The notes beneath the pieces were generated by a model that saw only the letters and a list, made by a program, of their open reading frames with translations, had not been told where the DNA came from and ran no database searches. Of a stretch of 64,000 nucleotides of DNA, positions 26,045 through 41,290 are shown piece by piece. Source of the stretch: Octopus vulgaris (lineage: Eukaryota); the NCBI GenBank assembly GCA_951406725.2, contig OX597831.1, positions 37,696,001-37,760,000 on the forward strand. Reading direction: 5' to 3'. How positions within the stretch are numbered: the first letter of the stretch is position 1; every line of letters begins with the position of its first letter. Both the position numbers and the translations under genes were made by a program.

Positions 26045-26255
26045 GTCCTTTCAACTGGAAGCACAAGGTCTCAAGTTTTGGGAAAGGGATTAAGTCGATT
26101 ACATAGACCTCAGTGCGTAACTGGTACTAAATTTATCGACCTCAAAAAAACTGAAAGGCAAAGTCGACCTCGGCGGGATTTGAACTCAGATTGTAAAGAC
26201 TGACTAAATACTGCTAAGCATTTTGTCCGGCGTGATATCAATACTGCCAGCTCAC
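26045..26255 (-). mobile_element. SINE family B
   Basis: GAAAGGCAAAGTCGACCTCGGCGGGATTTGAACTCAG core. Confidence 0.8.
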
Positions 26256-27041
26256 TCCCTTATCCACAGTAATATAAATAATATTGATAATAAAATAATA
26301 AAACAACTATAGGAACAATGGTAATATAAAAAAATTAGAAGTAAACTTGTGAAGCAGAATATAATTCTTATTTCTGAACAACCGACTTCATTACGAGTAA
26401 TTAGGGACGGGTACACAATGTGAACAAAGCATCATTTTCAATGCTAACATCAACGAAGAAACCAGCAAAAAGAACGAAATACAAATACAAAGCTATAACA
26501 ACATCAGCAATAACAAACAAAAAAATTATTTACCATTATAGAGCAAGAAAGCCAGAACAACATCGATAACAAAATGGTAATTCGCAAGTGTCTTTAAAAT
26601 ACATTCTGGCTCTCCACCAGGGATACGGGGAAAAAACCCCAAAAAACAGAAAGATTGAAAGCAAACAAATGAAGTGATACGGGAAGGAAAACTGGCTTGT
26701 AATATTTACAATGGCAGCAGAATATCAAAGGAAGAAAGACGAAAAAAAAAGAAGTTGAAAAAGAGAAAGGAAGGATAGATGATAGAGAAGAAAAAAAAAA
26801 AAGGTCAGAAGTAGAAAGAAGATTTGCCAGTGGACAGAAGCAGCAAAAACAAAGGAAACAAACAAGAAGATATAAAGTAGTAAATGAAGCGTGCCATCTC
26901 GATTGAGGTGAATGCAATCAGAATGAAAATCAGTAGAGAAAGGAAGTAGCAAAGTTATACCTCTGTTCTGTAATGGTGTGTGTGCATGCATTTCATATAT
27001 GTATGCGTGTATGTGTGTGCATGTGTGTGTGTGTATATCTG

Positions 27042-27103
<62 letters not shown>

Positions 27104-27170
27104 AATATATACGTATACAAATATGTATCCAAATATATATATAAATCTATGTATGTATGTGCAAATAAAC

Positions 27171-27201
<31 letters not shown>

Positions 27202-27246
27202 TATAACTATATATATATATATTCATATATATATATTCATATATAT

Positions 27247-27313
<67 letters not shown>

Positions 27314-27922
27314 TGCTTATGGGTGTGTGTGTGTGTGTGTGGTGTTTTTGTGTGTGTCTGTGTGTGTTCAAAACAATTACAGAGAATAAAAGAACAAGGA
27401 GAGTGGTACATCTTCAAATGTTTCTTTTGATTTAACAGCTCTCGTGCATAAATATGCACACAGACACACACAGACACACAGACAGGCACACACAGATACA
27501 AGCACATACAGATACAAGCACACACACACAGATTCAAGCACAAGCGAACACAAACACACACAACTCGAAATTTAATATTAGAGAAATATTACTCAGAGCT
27601 TATAAGCAGTTCGTCCGCAAAATTAACAGGCGATGATAAGCAACAAAAATAATGATGTTTTGACGTAATAGTTTGCACTAGTTCTCTACCAATGTAAACT
27701 AATTTGAACAGTTAAGGGAACCTTGGTATTGTTATGAATATCGGATTGATCAGTAGCATATAAAATTAGAGAAATGTGAAAGGTAGATGAAAATTAAAGA
27801 AAATACGAACATTGGATGAGATAGAGGTAATAAGGAAATGAAAGATAAAGATCTTAAAGGCGCAACTCCTCACATGATGTATTTTTATCAATGCCCATAA
27901 ATATGTGTGTGTGTGTGTGTGT

Positions 27923-27958
<36 letters not shown>

Positions 27959-28082
27959 ACTGCGAATAGGTATTACCTACGTCCGATTGATGTCCACTCG
28001 TGAATAACAGGGGTAGCATTATTAGCGATGCAAAAAATGTCAGCAATGCCGTGCATCAGGGTTCTCCCTCTACATAGAAAAA

Positions 28083-28229
28083 AACTGGAAGAGATACCTG
28101 GATAGTTGTTTCATTCTTCGGCATGAAAGTATAGAGAGACTTAAAGAATTTCAAGCACTTATAAACGGACTTCACTTAAACGTTCACTTCACAATAGAAT
28201 GTAGCCATCAACAACTTTCATTTCTACGA
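28083..28229 (+). pseudogene. Penelope-like reverse transcriptase fragment
   Basis: In-frame manual translation NWKRYLDSCFILRHESIERLKEFQALINGLHLNVHFTIECSHQQLSFL, matching PLE WxRYxDD..LNxxHxxIxFTxE..LxFLD with YLDD mutated to YLDS; not in ORF track. Confidence 0.75.
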
Positions 28230-28336
28230 CATCCATAAGATGTTCTTCATGATAAAATTATTTTAGCATTTTCTGACGTCTCTTATTTTCCTTGAATGTG
28301 TATATAGGTGTGTGTGAGTGTGTATACAGACAGACA

Positions 28337-28390
<54 letters not shown>

Positions 28391-28594
28391 TATATATATA
28401 TATGTTTATGTATGCGCAATATTTAGAGTGCTGGAGTATTGGAGTGAGTTAGTTCTAATCTTTCCTGTTTGTTCTGTTTGTCATAGGTAAGTGGTCTTCC
28501 ATATTTGTAAGCATTGTAGTTTATGCTTATTTGTATTTGTTAATTGTACGCCTCACGCCCATGCCTCTCTCAATATACATACATACATACATAC

Positions 28595-28641
<47 letters not shown>

Positions 28642-28713
28642 CATATATATATATACATATGTATGTGTGTGTATACCATTATGCGTGTATTCCTACATAT
28701 ATATAAAGATATC

Positions 28714-28772
<59 letters not shown>

Positions 28773-29307
28773 ATGTATACACATACATACACACTGTGAG
28801 AGTAACATACAGACTGTGGTGCTCATAGCATTCTATACACCCCCATCTTCTGATCGATATCAGATAAACAAAAGTAAGTAGCAACACTTCACAAGCCACT
28901 GGAGCAAGACCGACCAGGGAGAACATAACAGATGCAGAAACTCCTATATACACTCACTACACACACACATGCCCACACGCGTAGAAACACAAACACATTC
29001 AAATGTATACACATGGGTATGCACAGCAAGACATACATTCATATATATATCTATGTATTTATCTATCTAAGTGTGTGAGTATGCCCACAATCACACATGC
29101 AGACTGATTTTTTTTAAACAAAAACCGATAAAATTGTTTCAATATAATTATATATTGAGACATATATACATACGTATAAACATGCAAATAATCTACAACC
29201 CCAACCACCTACACACAAACATACACATATAAATATATGCATATCTATATATGTGTCTACACACTCATGTGCACACATATGCAAGTATCTTATACACACG
29301 CGTGAAT

Positions 29308-29352
<45 letters not shown>

Positions 29353-29355
<3 letters not shown>

Positions 29356-29897
29356 TATTATAAAAGGCAGATTTTATCTGCCTCCCTTTGGGAGTTATAG
29401 AAATATACAATATAGGATTTCTTCAATTACAATTTACCTAGCATTTTTAAGAGTAGAATGCATCGGGTCATGCCAGGTCCAGTTTTTAAAATTTAAACTC
29501 CAATTAAGCAAAATTTACAGAAAACTCACATTCTGGTGTGTATGTCAAATGCTTTTCTTAGTCTGGTTTACAGCACACGCAAACGCACACACACAGTGTG
29601 CAACGAATAAAATGAAAGTAAATAGCGACAGAGTGATTTGAGGAAGACTAAACTGAAAGCATTTAAACCACTACTCAAAAAATAAAAAAACACAGCAAAC
29701 AGAAACAAATAAATACATAACCATTTACTCCTCACACAATTTCTTCAATTAGAATTTACCTACGACTTTTCAAAGTACTCCATTCGCTCATGCCATAATA
29801 TATTTCTTTCAATTTCACCCCCAATTAAGACAAAATTCGAGAAAACTCAATATTTTAACATTTCACTCCGAAACCATTGATGTACATGTGTGCGTGC

Positions 29898-29954
<57 letters not shown>

Positions 29955-30818
29955 ATGGGTTGTGCGACACAGAAAGTGTGGTGTGTAAGAATAGTGCTTT
30001 TGTTAGTGTGTGTAAAGAGACAGACAGAGTGAAAGACAGAAATAACTGAAGTTTTCACTATGATATCATCACGTGCGAAAAAATTCGAAGGGTTTTGAAC
30101 AATTGAGATACAGATGTCACGCCTGTATTGAAACCATTGCTAAGCTGCCGTAATTGCTTAATTAAGACTTTGTTTAAATTGAAAGGGGCAAATATGTGAC
30201 GAGGTTGAAAAAAATACCCCAGAAAAAAAATGTACTGCTGGTATTTATATAATTCACTACTATTTTGCTACAACGTCATGAAAAAGAAAAAATTTAGGTA
30301 TGTAAATCGAATTCGCCACCCCCTTTTCCCCGTTCGCGTTTGTGTAAAAAAAATTATTATTTAAGTTTTAAAAATTAATTACTTTGTTCAAAAAATATTA
30401 ATATTAATTAATTTTCAAGAATTATTTAATTTTATTCTGTAAAATAGTAATTAATTCATTTATCTGTAAATCCGCGAGGTTGTTACTCAGGCACCTACAA
30501 TGGTAACCTTCAACTAACACTATCTCCTCCGAGACCCTGCGGTGCAAGTTGACCAAAATTGAGAGTATGGTAGAAGATGGGTTGCTCTTCCTTCCGTAGA
30601 ACATAAAATTCAAATCGGACCATGTTAACACCAAAAATTATTTACATCAAAAAGATGCTTTTTTCTATGAAAATCCCTATTTTTAACGATTTTTTCACTG
30701 CTGTGTCGCCACTTTTCGGTGTATTTCGACCAGAAAAATGTTCACAAAATTTTTACTTTTCAAAATTACAATTCCAGCGGGTCGAAACAAACCCGAGCAA
30801 CGCCGGGCGATACTGCTA

Positions 30819-30819
<1 letters not shown>
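29353..30819 (+). mobile_element. Non-autonomous Helitron
   Basis: 5' A|TCTTATTATAAAAG; 3' hairpin CCCGAGCAACGCCGGG (30792-30807) then CTAG|T; no TSD, inserted in (TA)n. Confidence 0.85.
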
Positions 30820-30864
<45 letters not shown>

Positions 30865-33800
30865 TATAAGGATGTGATTCTTGTCATAGCAGAAACATTT
30901 TGATGTATAAAGGGAGCTCTTTAAATATACTACTAATCAGATTTAGAAGAGATATACTATAATTTTTATAATTTATATAATTTCATCTTCTAAAAAAGGA
31001 ACTTGAAAATTATATCCATCTATCTACCTATCTATCCGACATTTTATCTATCTATCTATCTTTTTGTCTATCGTATTTGTTTGTCTGTCTGTCACGATAT
31101 GGATATGTGAGTGCGATGTATGTGTGTGTATACATACATACATACATACGTATATATATATATACATACAGAAAAATATGTATATATATGTAAATACTGA
31201 CGTACATAATTGCATCATATATACGTACGTACATGCCTACATACATACATACATACATACATACATACATACATGCATGGATACATACATACATACATAC
31301 ATACACAGACGCTTTTGCAGTTGCACTTTCGAAACAACTGCCTGAATGCATCATGTGACAATGTGAACCACCTAGACGTTACCCATTGTAAAATGTACTT
31401 TCGTTTTGTATTCCTCCCATATATGCATAAATTTACTTTGATGTGTGTATGCCCTCTAGGTTTATGTTTTTCTTTATCAATATCTATAGAAATTTTAACG
31501 TATCATATTGAATTATCTTATCAGCTTCAAAATAGCACTCCATTTTCCCAATTGCTCCATCGGAATAATAATTGAAAAATTCTACCAAAAAAATATGCTC
31601 ATGCGTATATGTTAAGAATTAGTACTATTTATCCAAGAAATACACCAAAATACCAATGATGTTCTCTGTTGAGACAAAATATTTTCTTCCATCCTTTCAT
31701 ATGTATAATTATAAAACGATGTAAGCAACTGTTTTCGCAATTTCTATATTGTTCTGATGTAACATCATTAGAAACACTTCTATTCTAAGTGTAATAAGTA
31801 CGTGAATATTGGAAAAGATGCATTCAAGTGCCTTGGTTAACAGAAATGCTAAAAGTTAGCAAAGATTTCCAATGTTAACAAAAACGTTCAACAAAAATCA
31901 CGAACAGCTTTATACATATTACTACAAAAATTCACGGTTACAGAGATGTTTGTGGTTAATAAAAAAGTAACGGATCAAAGTAGTACAATACACCCAATGT
32001 ACCAAAGAATGTCCAGTAGAGGGCGTAAAAACGGTGATGAAGTTTAACAAGATTTTTCAAGGGGAAAACTGTTTTCAACTCATTCTTGATCTTATGATAC
32101 GAGCTTCAAGTTTAAAATTGAGTGATATAATTAAAAACCACCATTAAAATTTCATGTTAATTTAAGTTTAAAACAGCAGCTGAATTCCGATTTGTTTTTA
32201 TTAAATTCTTTATAATTTTTTTTTTTTTCATGATTTATAGAAAGAAAGATGGAGTATTTCAACAGAAATTTGGGAATAAAAGTGTTAACTTTAATGTCAT
32301 GGTCACTAAATGTAATACTTTTATAGAATTAGGATTTTAGGATTTTGCTTTGCCCAGGTCGTTTCCGTGTTTCTCCCAAATAAATAATCTGCCAATATCA
32401 TTAGTGAAAAATATTGTGTATGTGAGTTTATGTGCCAATTACAAACAGAAAGAGAGACGCTCCACATGCGTTCAATCATCGAGGATTGCATCTGTAAAGC
32501 ATTGATAAAGATTCTTGGTATTGCTTTGTCGAGGGATTTGGCCGTGAAAAATTATGCTACCCTAATTATTATACAGAGAGTTGATCGCTCAACTGAATAT
32601 CAGCAATCGTTGTTTCCTTTTGAACATGATGAAAACGGCAGTTGTATGAATTTAAGATTTGTTCTTTTATTCTGTTATCCAACAATATGTTGTCCGCGAT
32701 AGTATGAAAATTTACGACAAGATGTAATGCTTTGACCTCTCCTTAAATATGAAACACAGTTGGCATTTATGCAAATTGTAGATATTCATTGTCCCATACC
32801 TGGTGTTTGGTGATGGCTACCTCCTGTACAGTATAAATGTATAAGCCATTTTCTATGTTGGTAATTCAGCTGTAAAAGTTAAGAACAGTGATTCCAGATA
32901 ATTGTTGTTATTATTAATGCTCTTACGTTATAGCTAGGTGTCGTGGAAGAAACCTCTTTCTCCTGTGGCTTAAGACACTCATATTGGCAGTATTTCAACC
33001 GTATATCCAGCATTTTACATTTGGCAGTATTTTATAGCGAATGGTGCTGCAGTTGTTCAAGACGGTTTGGCTATCAGACAAATTATATTAGAATACTAAG
33101 TTTTGCTTCGGGGATCAAGCGCTGTCAAGACACCTTTCATCCAGTGATCAATAAGTGTACTGGATGTTCTTGCTATTTATACGTTCAGATCAATTCTGAT
33201 TAACCATATCTCTGATTTCTCTGATCAAAAGGTTTCCGGTTACAAATATCTCGGCACATATTCGCGGTTTTACATATAATCAATAAAAAAAATTATCAAT
33301 ATTTCGCGATCCACGTCACACTTATAGATTTGTTTCTTTTCCATTTGAAACTATTCTATTGCTCTTGGATTGATTATAAATTTCATCAAAACACGAAATG
33401 CCACAGAATGTCGTTGAAACTAACTTTTGCATCAAGAAATTAGACCTTGTTAAAATGTAACACATTGATTTTTTTCCCCAAACCAATAATATTATCGTTG
33501 GTTTTCATTTCTTCTGTGCTCTTTCTGTCAAGTACTCCTTTTCCCTCATTAACTGCTTTATATATTTATGTATATTTATATTTTATAATAAAATATTTCA
33601 TATCTTTCAACATTATTTCCCAATTATTTTTAAAAACGGTTTTTGTTATAATTATTTTCCAAAAATCCATACTATAATGGTTGAGATGATTCTGTTAGCA
33701 CAGCGTTTGTTTGAATTCTTGGAGCAGGAATTCTATACAGTTGAGTGATGATTTTCCTTCTCAATTAAAGCAAATCATTCAACTGTGATGTGGGAGTGGC

Positions 33801-34808
33801 ATCAATTTTCACATTTTGTTGATTTAGTGGAATCGATGAATTTTTTTTACCTATTTATTTGTTTTCCTCTAAGAGGTACCAACAATCATCAATTAGAATG
33901 TTCCTATGCTAAAATTTTATATTTTTTCACACAAAAGCTCATAATTAACTGCACAGGTATTAATTCACAAAACTCTTTCATTCACAGATTTGGTGCACAT
34001 AGTCATATAAACACACAAACGCACATACATACATACACTGAAAAATACGCACGTATATGTCTGTGTGTGATGCAAATATATACATATATATACACACATA
34101 TATATGTATACATATACATATATATGTGTGTGTGCGTATATATATATACATATATATATATATATGTGTGTGTTTGTGTGTGTGGGTGGCTTTGCATGTG
34201 CGCGTACATGCAATCATGCAAACAAACCCACGCACACATATATATATTTGTGTGTATATGTATATATGCACTTATATATTAGTGTATATGTATATGTGAG
34301 TGAATATGTGTGCTTGTGTATGTGTGTGTGTGTGTGTGCGTTTATGTGTGCGTGTACATATATTCATGCAAACACATACGTACGTGGGTGTATTGTTTTG
34401 TGTCTTTCAATCTGTAACTAATGCTGCTCACAAGAAATATAACCTTTCCAAACGCTAAATAATGCGCGGTAATAAATGTAAATGGCATGCCATGAAGTCT
34501 TAGCTTATTGCGATGGAGTCGTTTGGGCACCAGCGTGCAATGCTGCATCATTTGGGGCTTCTTTAGACATTGACAAACGAATCGCTTCCGAGGTTTCATC
34601 AGAGCTGATGTCGTCCTAAACAGTATTTAGAGTGACACGCAAGAAGATAGTGAGAATTAGTGAACAATTAAAGGAGTACATGGTTAGTACTTTATCCATC
34701 CGCTTCGGAATAATGCAACGCACACACACATATATACACAGACATATAGAGAAATACAGAGAAATCCATAGTATTATACATGCTTATAAACATACAGAAA
34801 AATATAGA

Positions 34809-34848
<40 letters not shown>

Positions 34849-34851
<3 letters not shown>

Positions 34852-35670
34852 CGGGAAGGTTTGCGAAAATAAACAAAAGACGAAGGCAGGTTTACGAAAA
34901 TAAACAAGAGACGAAGGCAGGTGGAGTACAAACAAGAGACGAAGGCAGGGGAGAGGAGGGGGAGAGGAGGAAGGGGAGGGGAGAGGGATATTAGGAGGGG
35001 AGAGGGAGGGAGATGAGGAGAAGGGGAAGAGAAGAGGAGTGAGGGAGCAGAGAGAAAAAGAGAGGGGGAAGAGGGAAGAAGAAAGAACAAGAGGGAAGAA
35101 GGGAAGAGGAGGGAAAGAAAGTAGGGGTGAAAAGATGAAGGACTGAAGAGAAGTAGGAGTCAGGGTGAGGTTAGATGAAAAAAAAGGGGGGTAGGGGGGT
35201 AGATGAAAAGGGGGAGAGTTGAGACCAAATGGCGTAAAAGAGCGAAGAGAGAAGATTAATCCCTGTTCACGGCGCAAACGGGAATCCGGATGGCCTCTGT
35301 GCAAGGACAATCCGAACACAGACAGGTGTTCCAAGGAGTTACCGGTGGAGCGGAATTGGCATGAGACCGGTTTGTCATTGGCCAGGCGGAGATCCCGGAG
35401 GTGTTCCGTGAACCGGTCAGCCAAGCGGCGTCCCGTTTGTCTGATGTACAGGGAATGGCAGAGAGAGCAGGAGATGCAATAGATGATATTGCTGGAGGTG
35501 CAGGTGAAGGAGTCGATGATGCGATAGGGTCGATGATGGGTGCCAGTGAGGAGGGTGGTGTTGGAGAGGTAAGGGCAAGTGCGGCAACGTTGGCGGAAGC
35601 AGGGGAACGAGCCATGTTTGGAGGTAGGGTCAGGGAAGAAGCTGTGGACCAAGAGGTCTCGTAGGTTTAT
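34849..35670 (-). mobile_element. Penelope-like element 3' part: GIY-YIG endonuclease + 3' terminus
   Basis: ORF 34774-35652: CFRQRCRTC, FTCTSSNIIYCISCSLCHSLYIRQTGRRLADRFTEHLRD, PVS, RLRREQ.LIF.L...P.GLN; ends at (TA)n; 5' end cut at a SINE. Confidence 0.88.
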
Positions 35671-35678
35671 CCTTACAT

Positions 35679-35849
35679 AGGCGTAGGTGTGGCTGTGTGG
35701 TAAGTAGCTTGCTTACGAACTACATGGTTCCGGGTTCTGTCCCACTGCGATCACCTTGATCAAGTGTCTTCTACTCTAGCCTCGGGCCGACCAAAGCCTT
35801 GTGAGTGGATTTGGTAGACGGAGACTGAAGGAGGCCCGTCGTATGTATG

Positions 35850-35890
<41 letters not shown>

Positions 35891-36085
35891 CTGTGTTTGT
35901 CCCCCCAACACCGCTTGACACCCGATGCTGGTGTGCTTACGTCCCCGTAATTTAGCGGTTCTTCAAAAGAGAATAAGTACTAGGCTTACAAAAAATAAGT
36001 CCCGGGGTCGATGTGTTCGAATAAAGGCGGTGCTGCAGCATGGCCACAGTCAAATGACAGAAACAAGTAAAAGAGTAAAAGAGTA
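35679..36085 (+). mobile_element. SINE family A
   Basis: Full-length. Confidence 0.9.
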
Positions 36086-36724
36086 TATGAACACAGTGTT
36101 GTTTAAAGAAACACAGTTCCAGCGCTAATTTTCGAATATTAATGAAATAAATTCATAATTTTTGTATTAGGTGACTTTTGCAAAGGACTTTTCTAAACAT
36201 TGTTAATATACCAACGTTCGGAATTTAATCACTTCTTTCTAATTGCGGTATGTAATGTTCACAGACTCTTCAGCTTTCTCTTCAAATTAAGAAGAATAAC
36301 AAGGAAAATCTACAAACAAATATACACAACTACTCATCATTTGATTCTACGCTCCCTTAATTATCTCTACACGTAGGCTGCGTAGGCAGTCACAGAATTA
36401 TAAATTTTCCGAATTGAAGTCATTGAAATGTTAAAATATATATAAATACGACAGCTGTCAATTCCAAAGTGGAAAAAAAGTTTTTAAAAAAATAGAATAA
36501 GAAAGGTAAGACAGTAACATACGACAGAAAGAACGAGTATAAAATACAAATATTATAGCAACTCATTTTTACAATTAAAGTGGTTTAATTTTCCATTAAA
36601 CATAGTTGTTGACGTTGTTGGTATTGGTGGTGGTGGTAGTTGTGATGGTGCAGTGTTAATAGAGACAACATCAACTTTGTATATGACAGAATTCTATATC
36701 TGTTTTAATTCTACTACAATCATT

Positions 36725-37169
36725 GGATCTTTTCGGTTTGAACGGCAGTTTTTAACATAATTTCTAGGTAACTAAAAAATTTTAAACTTCATATATTGGT
36801 AGAATGTATTCATAAAACATCTTTTTCTCTTGGCTTTATGGAGAAAATTCTATATTTTGCAAGATATTTGTTGTTTTTGTTCTTCAATTTCTGCAATTTT
36901 AACCAATCACTGACGTCCATTGAGGTAAAAAAAACAAACATTCTGTGCCGTATGAATATGTCCGTCGTTTAAGAAACAGATTTGGTTTATTTACATTTGT
37001 GAAGAAAAAAAGATACCCTTTACCCCACCCCTAACCCTAACCCTAACTTTAACTAACCCTAACCCTAAAACAGATTGAAATACAATAGATCGATACAAAG
37101 GTGATAATTGTGGGTGACAATTTCATATGACACCGCTAGAAAAAACTGCCGTTCAAACCGAAAAGATCC
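36725..37169. mobile_element. MITE with ~29-bp perfect TIRs, 8-bp TSD and internal (CCCTAA)n; Merlin-like
   Basis: GGATCTTTTCGGTTTGAACGGCAGTTTTT / AAAAACTGCCGTTCAAACCGAAAAGATCC; TSD CAATCATT (36717-36724) / CAATCCTT (37170-37177). Confidence 0.88.
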
Positions 37170-38457
37170 CAATCCTTCTCACTCTTACCATTTTAGTGAA
37201 AATACTTTTTAACATCGCTATCGACTGTATTCGAATTATCCTTAAAGCCGACATAACTGTTATCATTACTCCTACAAGTATCCTCAAGGCTATTAGAATC
37301 TGTACCAACATTAGAAATGTCACTATCATCAAGAAGATTACCAATAGTGTCATTAATCTATTGAGCAGAATCCCAATAAGGTTTGCCATAGCATGACGTC
37401 AATGAAATTAGGTAAATAGCAACAGCAGAACTGCTATTGGCATCGCTAGCACCAATAGCAACAACAACGAAAGGAAAACATTAGCACTGCTGTGACCAAT
37501 AAGAAAACCGCCAGCGTTACTATAATTATTACAACTAACAGCAACGTAAGGTGTACTAGCCATCTGAATGTGGCTAGCCACTGGGGGTGGGGTGCTACTG
37601 ATGCTTTTAGCCCCAGGCGATCAACGTCACCAGATGGACTTTAGACACAAAATTTCAGTGCCCTTGTGTTATTTGCAAAGGGAGGTCATCCTCCCTCGAA
37701 AACCTAAGTGATACATACGGACTATAGTTTCAAGGTAATTGCCTCTCGTCAACGCATGGTAAACACCGGTTTTCGATGAAGGCGACCCTCTGCAAATAAT
37801 ATTTAACGTTTTTCACAGCAACCACAGTCACTGATTTAGAAAAACTGTCTGAAAGCATTAATAAATCTGCGATGAGAAAAAAATAACAGTAAAAACAACT
37901 ACGAAAACAGCAGTAACGAAATCATCATGGTGATTACAGCCACTACAAGCACAAACCCCACGGCCAGTACCACAGTCAATACTCTCAGCATTCATCAACC
38001 TTCACCCAACATCTCTATTAATATAACTACAGCCATCGCTTTTAACAATACAAGCTTCAATAACATTACAAAAAAAATTTAGATTATATTTACATTCACC
38101 GCCACCGCTACCACACTCAATAAAATTATCACAAACACCACCACCAGAAGCACTTCAGATAACAAGAACAGCTACAGCATCATCACATAGCTTCATTTCT
38201 ATCGCTAATATGATTTCTCTGAGAGAGAAGGCAAGACAAAATTCTATTATTCTAAATTCCAATATTTACTCAACAAAATACGTTATTCTTCAATTCAATG
38301 TTGAAATATTCCTTTTTTTAGAAATCTAGAGCAATCTTCTAGTCTTAGTTCTAATTTAGCAATACAATTACAATATTCGAAGAATTATTTATGTATGTGC
38401 ACGTACGCGCCTGCGTGGTTAGCATGCATACACATATACCTAAATACTTACATTACC

Positions 38458-38759
38458 TTGATCACCGTGACCGACCAGGCTATCAGATGTTGTTACACAT
38501 CGCTGGTCACAACTCGCTTCGCATTGTTTTAGCCTTCAAATGTCGCCACCCCACTGGCTAAGCGAGCAAGCCAACAGAAGAAAGACTGAGAGAAAGTTGT
38601 GGCGAAAGAGTACAGCAGGGATCGCCACCACCCCACTGCCAGAGGCTCGTGGGGTTTTAGGTGTTTTCGTTCAATAAACACTCACAACGCCCGGTCTGGG
38701 AATTGAAACCGCGATCCTACAGCCGTGAGTCCGCTGTCCTAACCAATGGGCCATTGCCT
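38458..38759 (-). mobile_element. SINE family C, alternative tail
   Basis: Head and body match 9466-9650; 3' tail differs. Confidence 0.85.
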
Positions 38760-39190
38760 TGCATATAATATCATAATTCAAGACACTCGTTTCTTTTTTG
38801 CCAAATAACAACGCGTACTATACACGCGTTCTTCACCTCAGATTTATCATTATTGTTATCCTAGTGACCATTGTTTAAAATCTTTCGTCACGCATCCTGT
38901 GACCTCTTCGACGACTCTCTAATCCCCGTGTCTCGTCCTTTCTTTTTTATGCCACTCTGACTTTCTGTGGTGTGTATCTGTGTGTTTGCATGTGTGTGTG
39001 CGTAAATATATATACTTGTATATATATCTAGATTCATAGCTATCTATCTATCTATCTCTCTATATATATATATATATAAATAGATATTATTTTGACATAA
39101 TTGACCTCACAAGTGTATCTCGAGAATCTTGCAGACTGAATACAGAAATGAAATATGTACATATATTTAACTATATATGAACCCATCTAT

Positions 39191-39322
<132 letters not shown>

Positions 39323-40292
39323 TGTGTGTGTGTGTGTGTGTGTGTTGTGTGTGTGTGTATTCATATGTTTATGTGTGGATATATATGTTTCTTGTATATA
39401 TATAAACTAATACATGTGTTTGTTGTTTACACAGCCGTCTTCGTCTAGGTTCCGCGCTATCCGTTTCTCTCGTTAGTAGTTCGAAGTAAGTAAAACAGCA
39501 ACCATTTGGAATATAGTCGATTTAGTATATATTTGGAATATATTACGATTTCTATCAAGAACTGGAGTTCATATATACGACTAGCCCCTTCCACTCAAAA
39601 TTGCTGACGTTGTGCTAAATTTACAAAGACTGCGGTTAAGTAAAATCGCTAGAGCATCCGACAATTTCTTTAGCGTTACTTGTTCTATAATTTTTCCATT
39701 CTTAGTTCAAACCCATCCTAGGTTAAATTTACTTTTTATCCTTCCGGGTTTCACTGTTTAGTTTATAAAGTAAATGTAGCAATGAATTACTTGGGCTGAT
39801 ATAATCGGCTGTTTCCCCACCAACTCAAACATATGAAATGGCTTTGTACCGCTGATAGAAATTATCATTTTTGATATGCGGATATCTCCGTTTGCCGTTT
39901 GTGTGTGTAGATCAGTCAAATTATCTGTATGCAAGAGTGTGTTTAAGAGTGAGCGTATGTTCGTTCAATAAAGCCTGTGAGAATATATGTATGAGAGTGT
40001 GCACGAGCCCGTGCCCGTGTGTTTGAGTTTGAAGACCCCGTAACATTTTAGTTATTCCACGTTTCATCAAATGGCCTGTACATGTGTGCGACTATCAACG
40101 TGTATGCGTTTGTAAATGTTTTCTGTGTGTGTGTGTATATCTGTGCATACGTGCAAATATGCGGGTATATATGTGTATATGTGGGTGATTTGTTCGCGTG
40201 TTTCTGTATTTGAGCAAATTTTTAGGTGTTGATATCTATAAGTATGTGCTTGTGTCTGGTTATACATACATATACACATATATGTGTGTGTA

Positions 40293-40327
<35 letters not shown>

Positions 40328-40374
40328 TATTTATATATATATATATATATATGTGTGTATATATATATATATAC

Positions 40375-40443
<69 letters not shown>

Positions 40444-40969
40444 GTATACGCACACGCCGCGCGCGCTCAATCACACACACATACACAGACGTCCTTATTT
40501 TTATGAGCCTGGATATATCTGTTTATTGATGCGGTGCTATTATATACATATATATGTGTGTATGTTTTTGCGTGTTTGTGTGTGTGTATATATATGCTTG
40601 TGTGCGTGCGGGTTTCTGTCTGTGTGTGTACGTGTGTGGGTTTGTGTATTTGTGTGAGAGAGACAGACACAGACACAGACAGACATAAGGAGCACATTGT
40701 TTACTCTTTTCTTTAACTGTCCTTACACATTTATGTACACACACAAACACACACCGTTTTACTAATATATGATATAGAAAGATAATATTTCGAACAAAGC
40801 AAGTTTTTGTTAATTTCAACAAAACACATACAAGAGTCTGGTTGCTTGTTTTAAACCTTATGTAGGTGAAAATAGATTTAATTATTTGAGTAGGAAAAAC
40901 ACACAACATATTTTCAGATGTAAAATATATGACAACGCGGAAGAAAAAAATAAAACAAATTATCAGTTG

Positions 40970-41290
<321 letters not shown>

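Noticed and set aside
32100-32290. piggyBac-like MITE ends (also ~47450-47570)
   Set aside because: Only one degraded end ending in TTAA visible; no partner TIR
37028-37067. Telomere or chromosome fusion site
   Set aside because: Only a few units, located inside a TIR/TSD-bounded MITE
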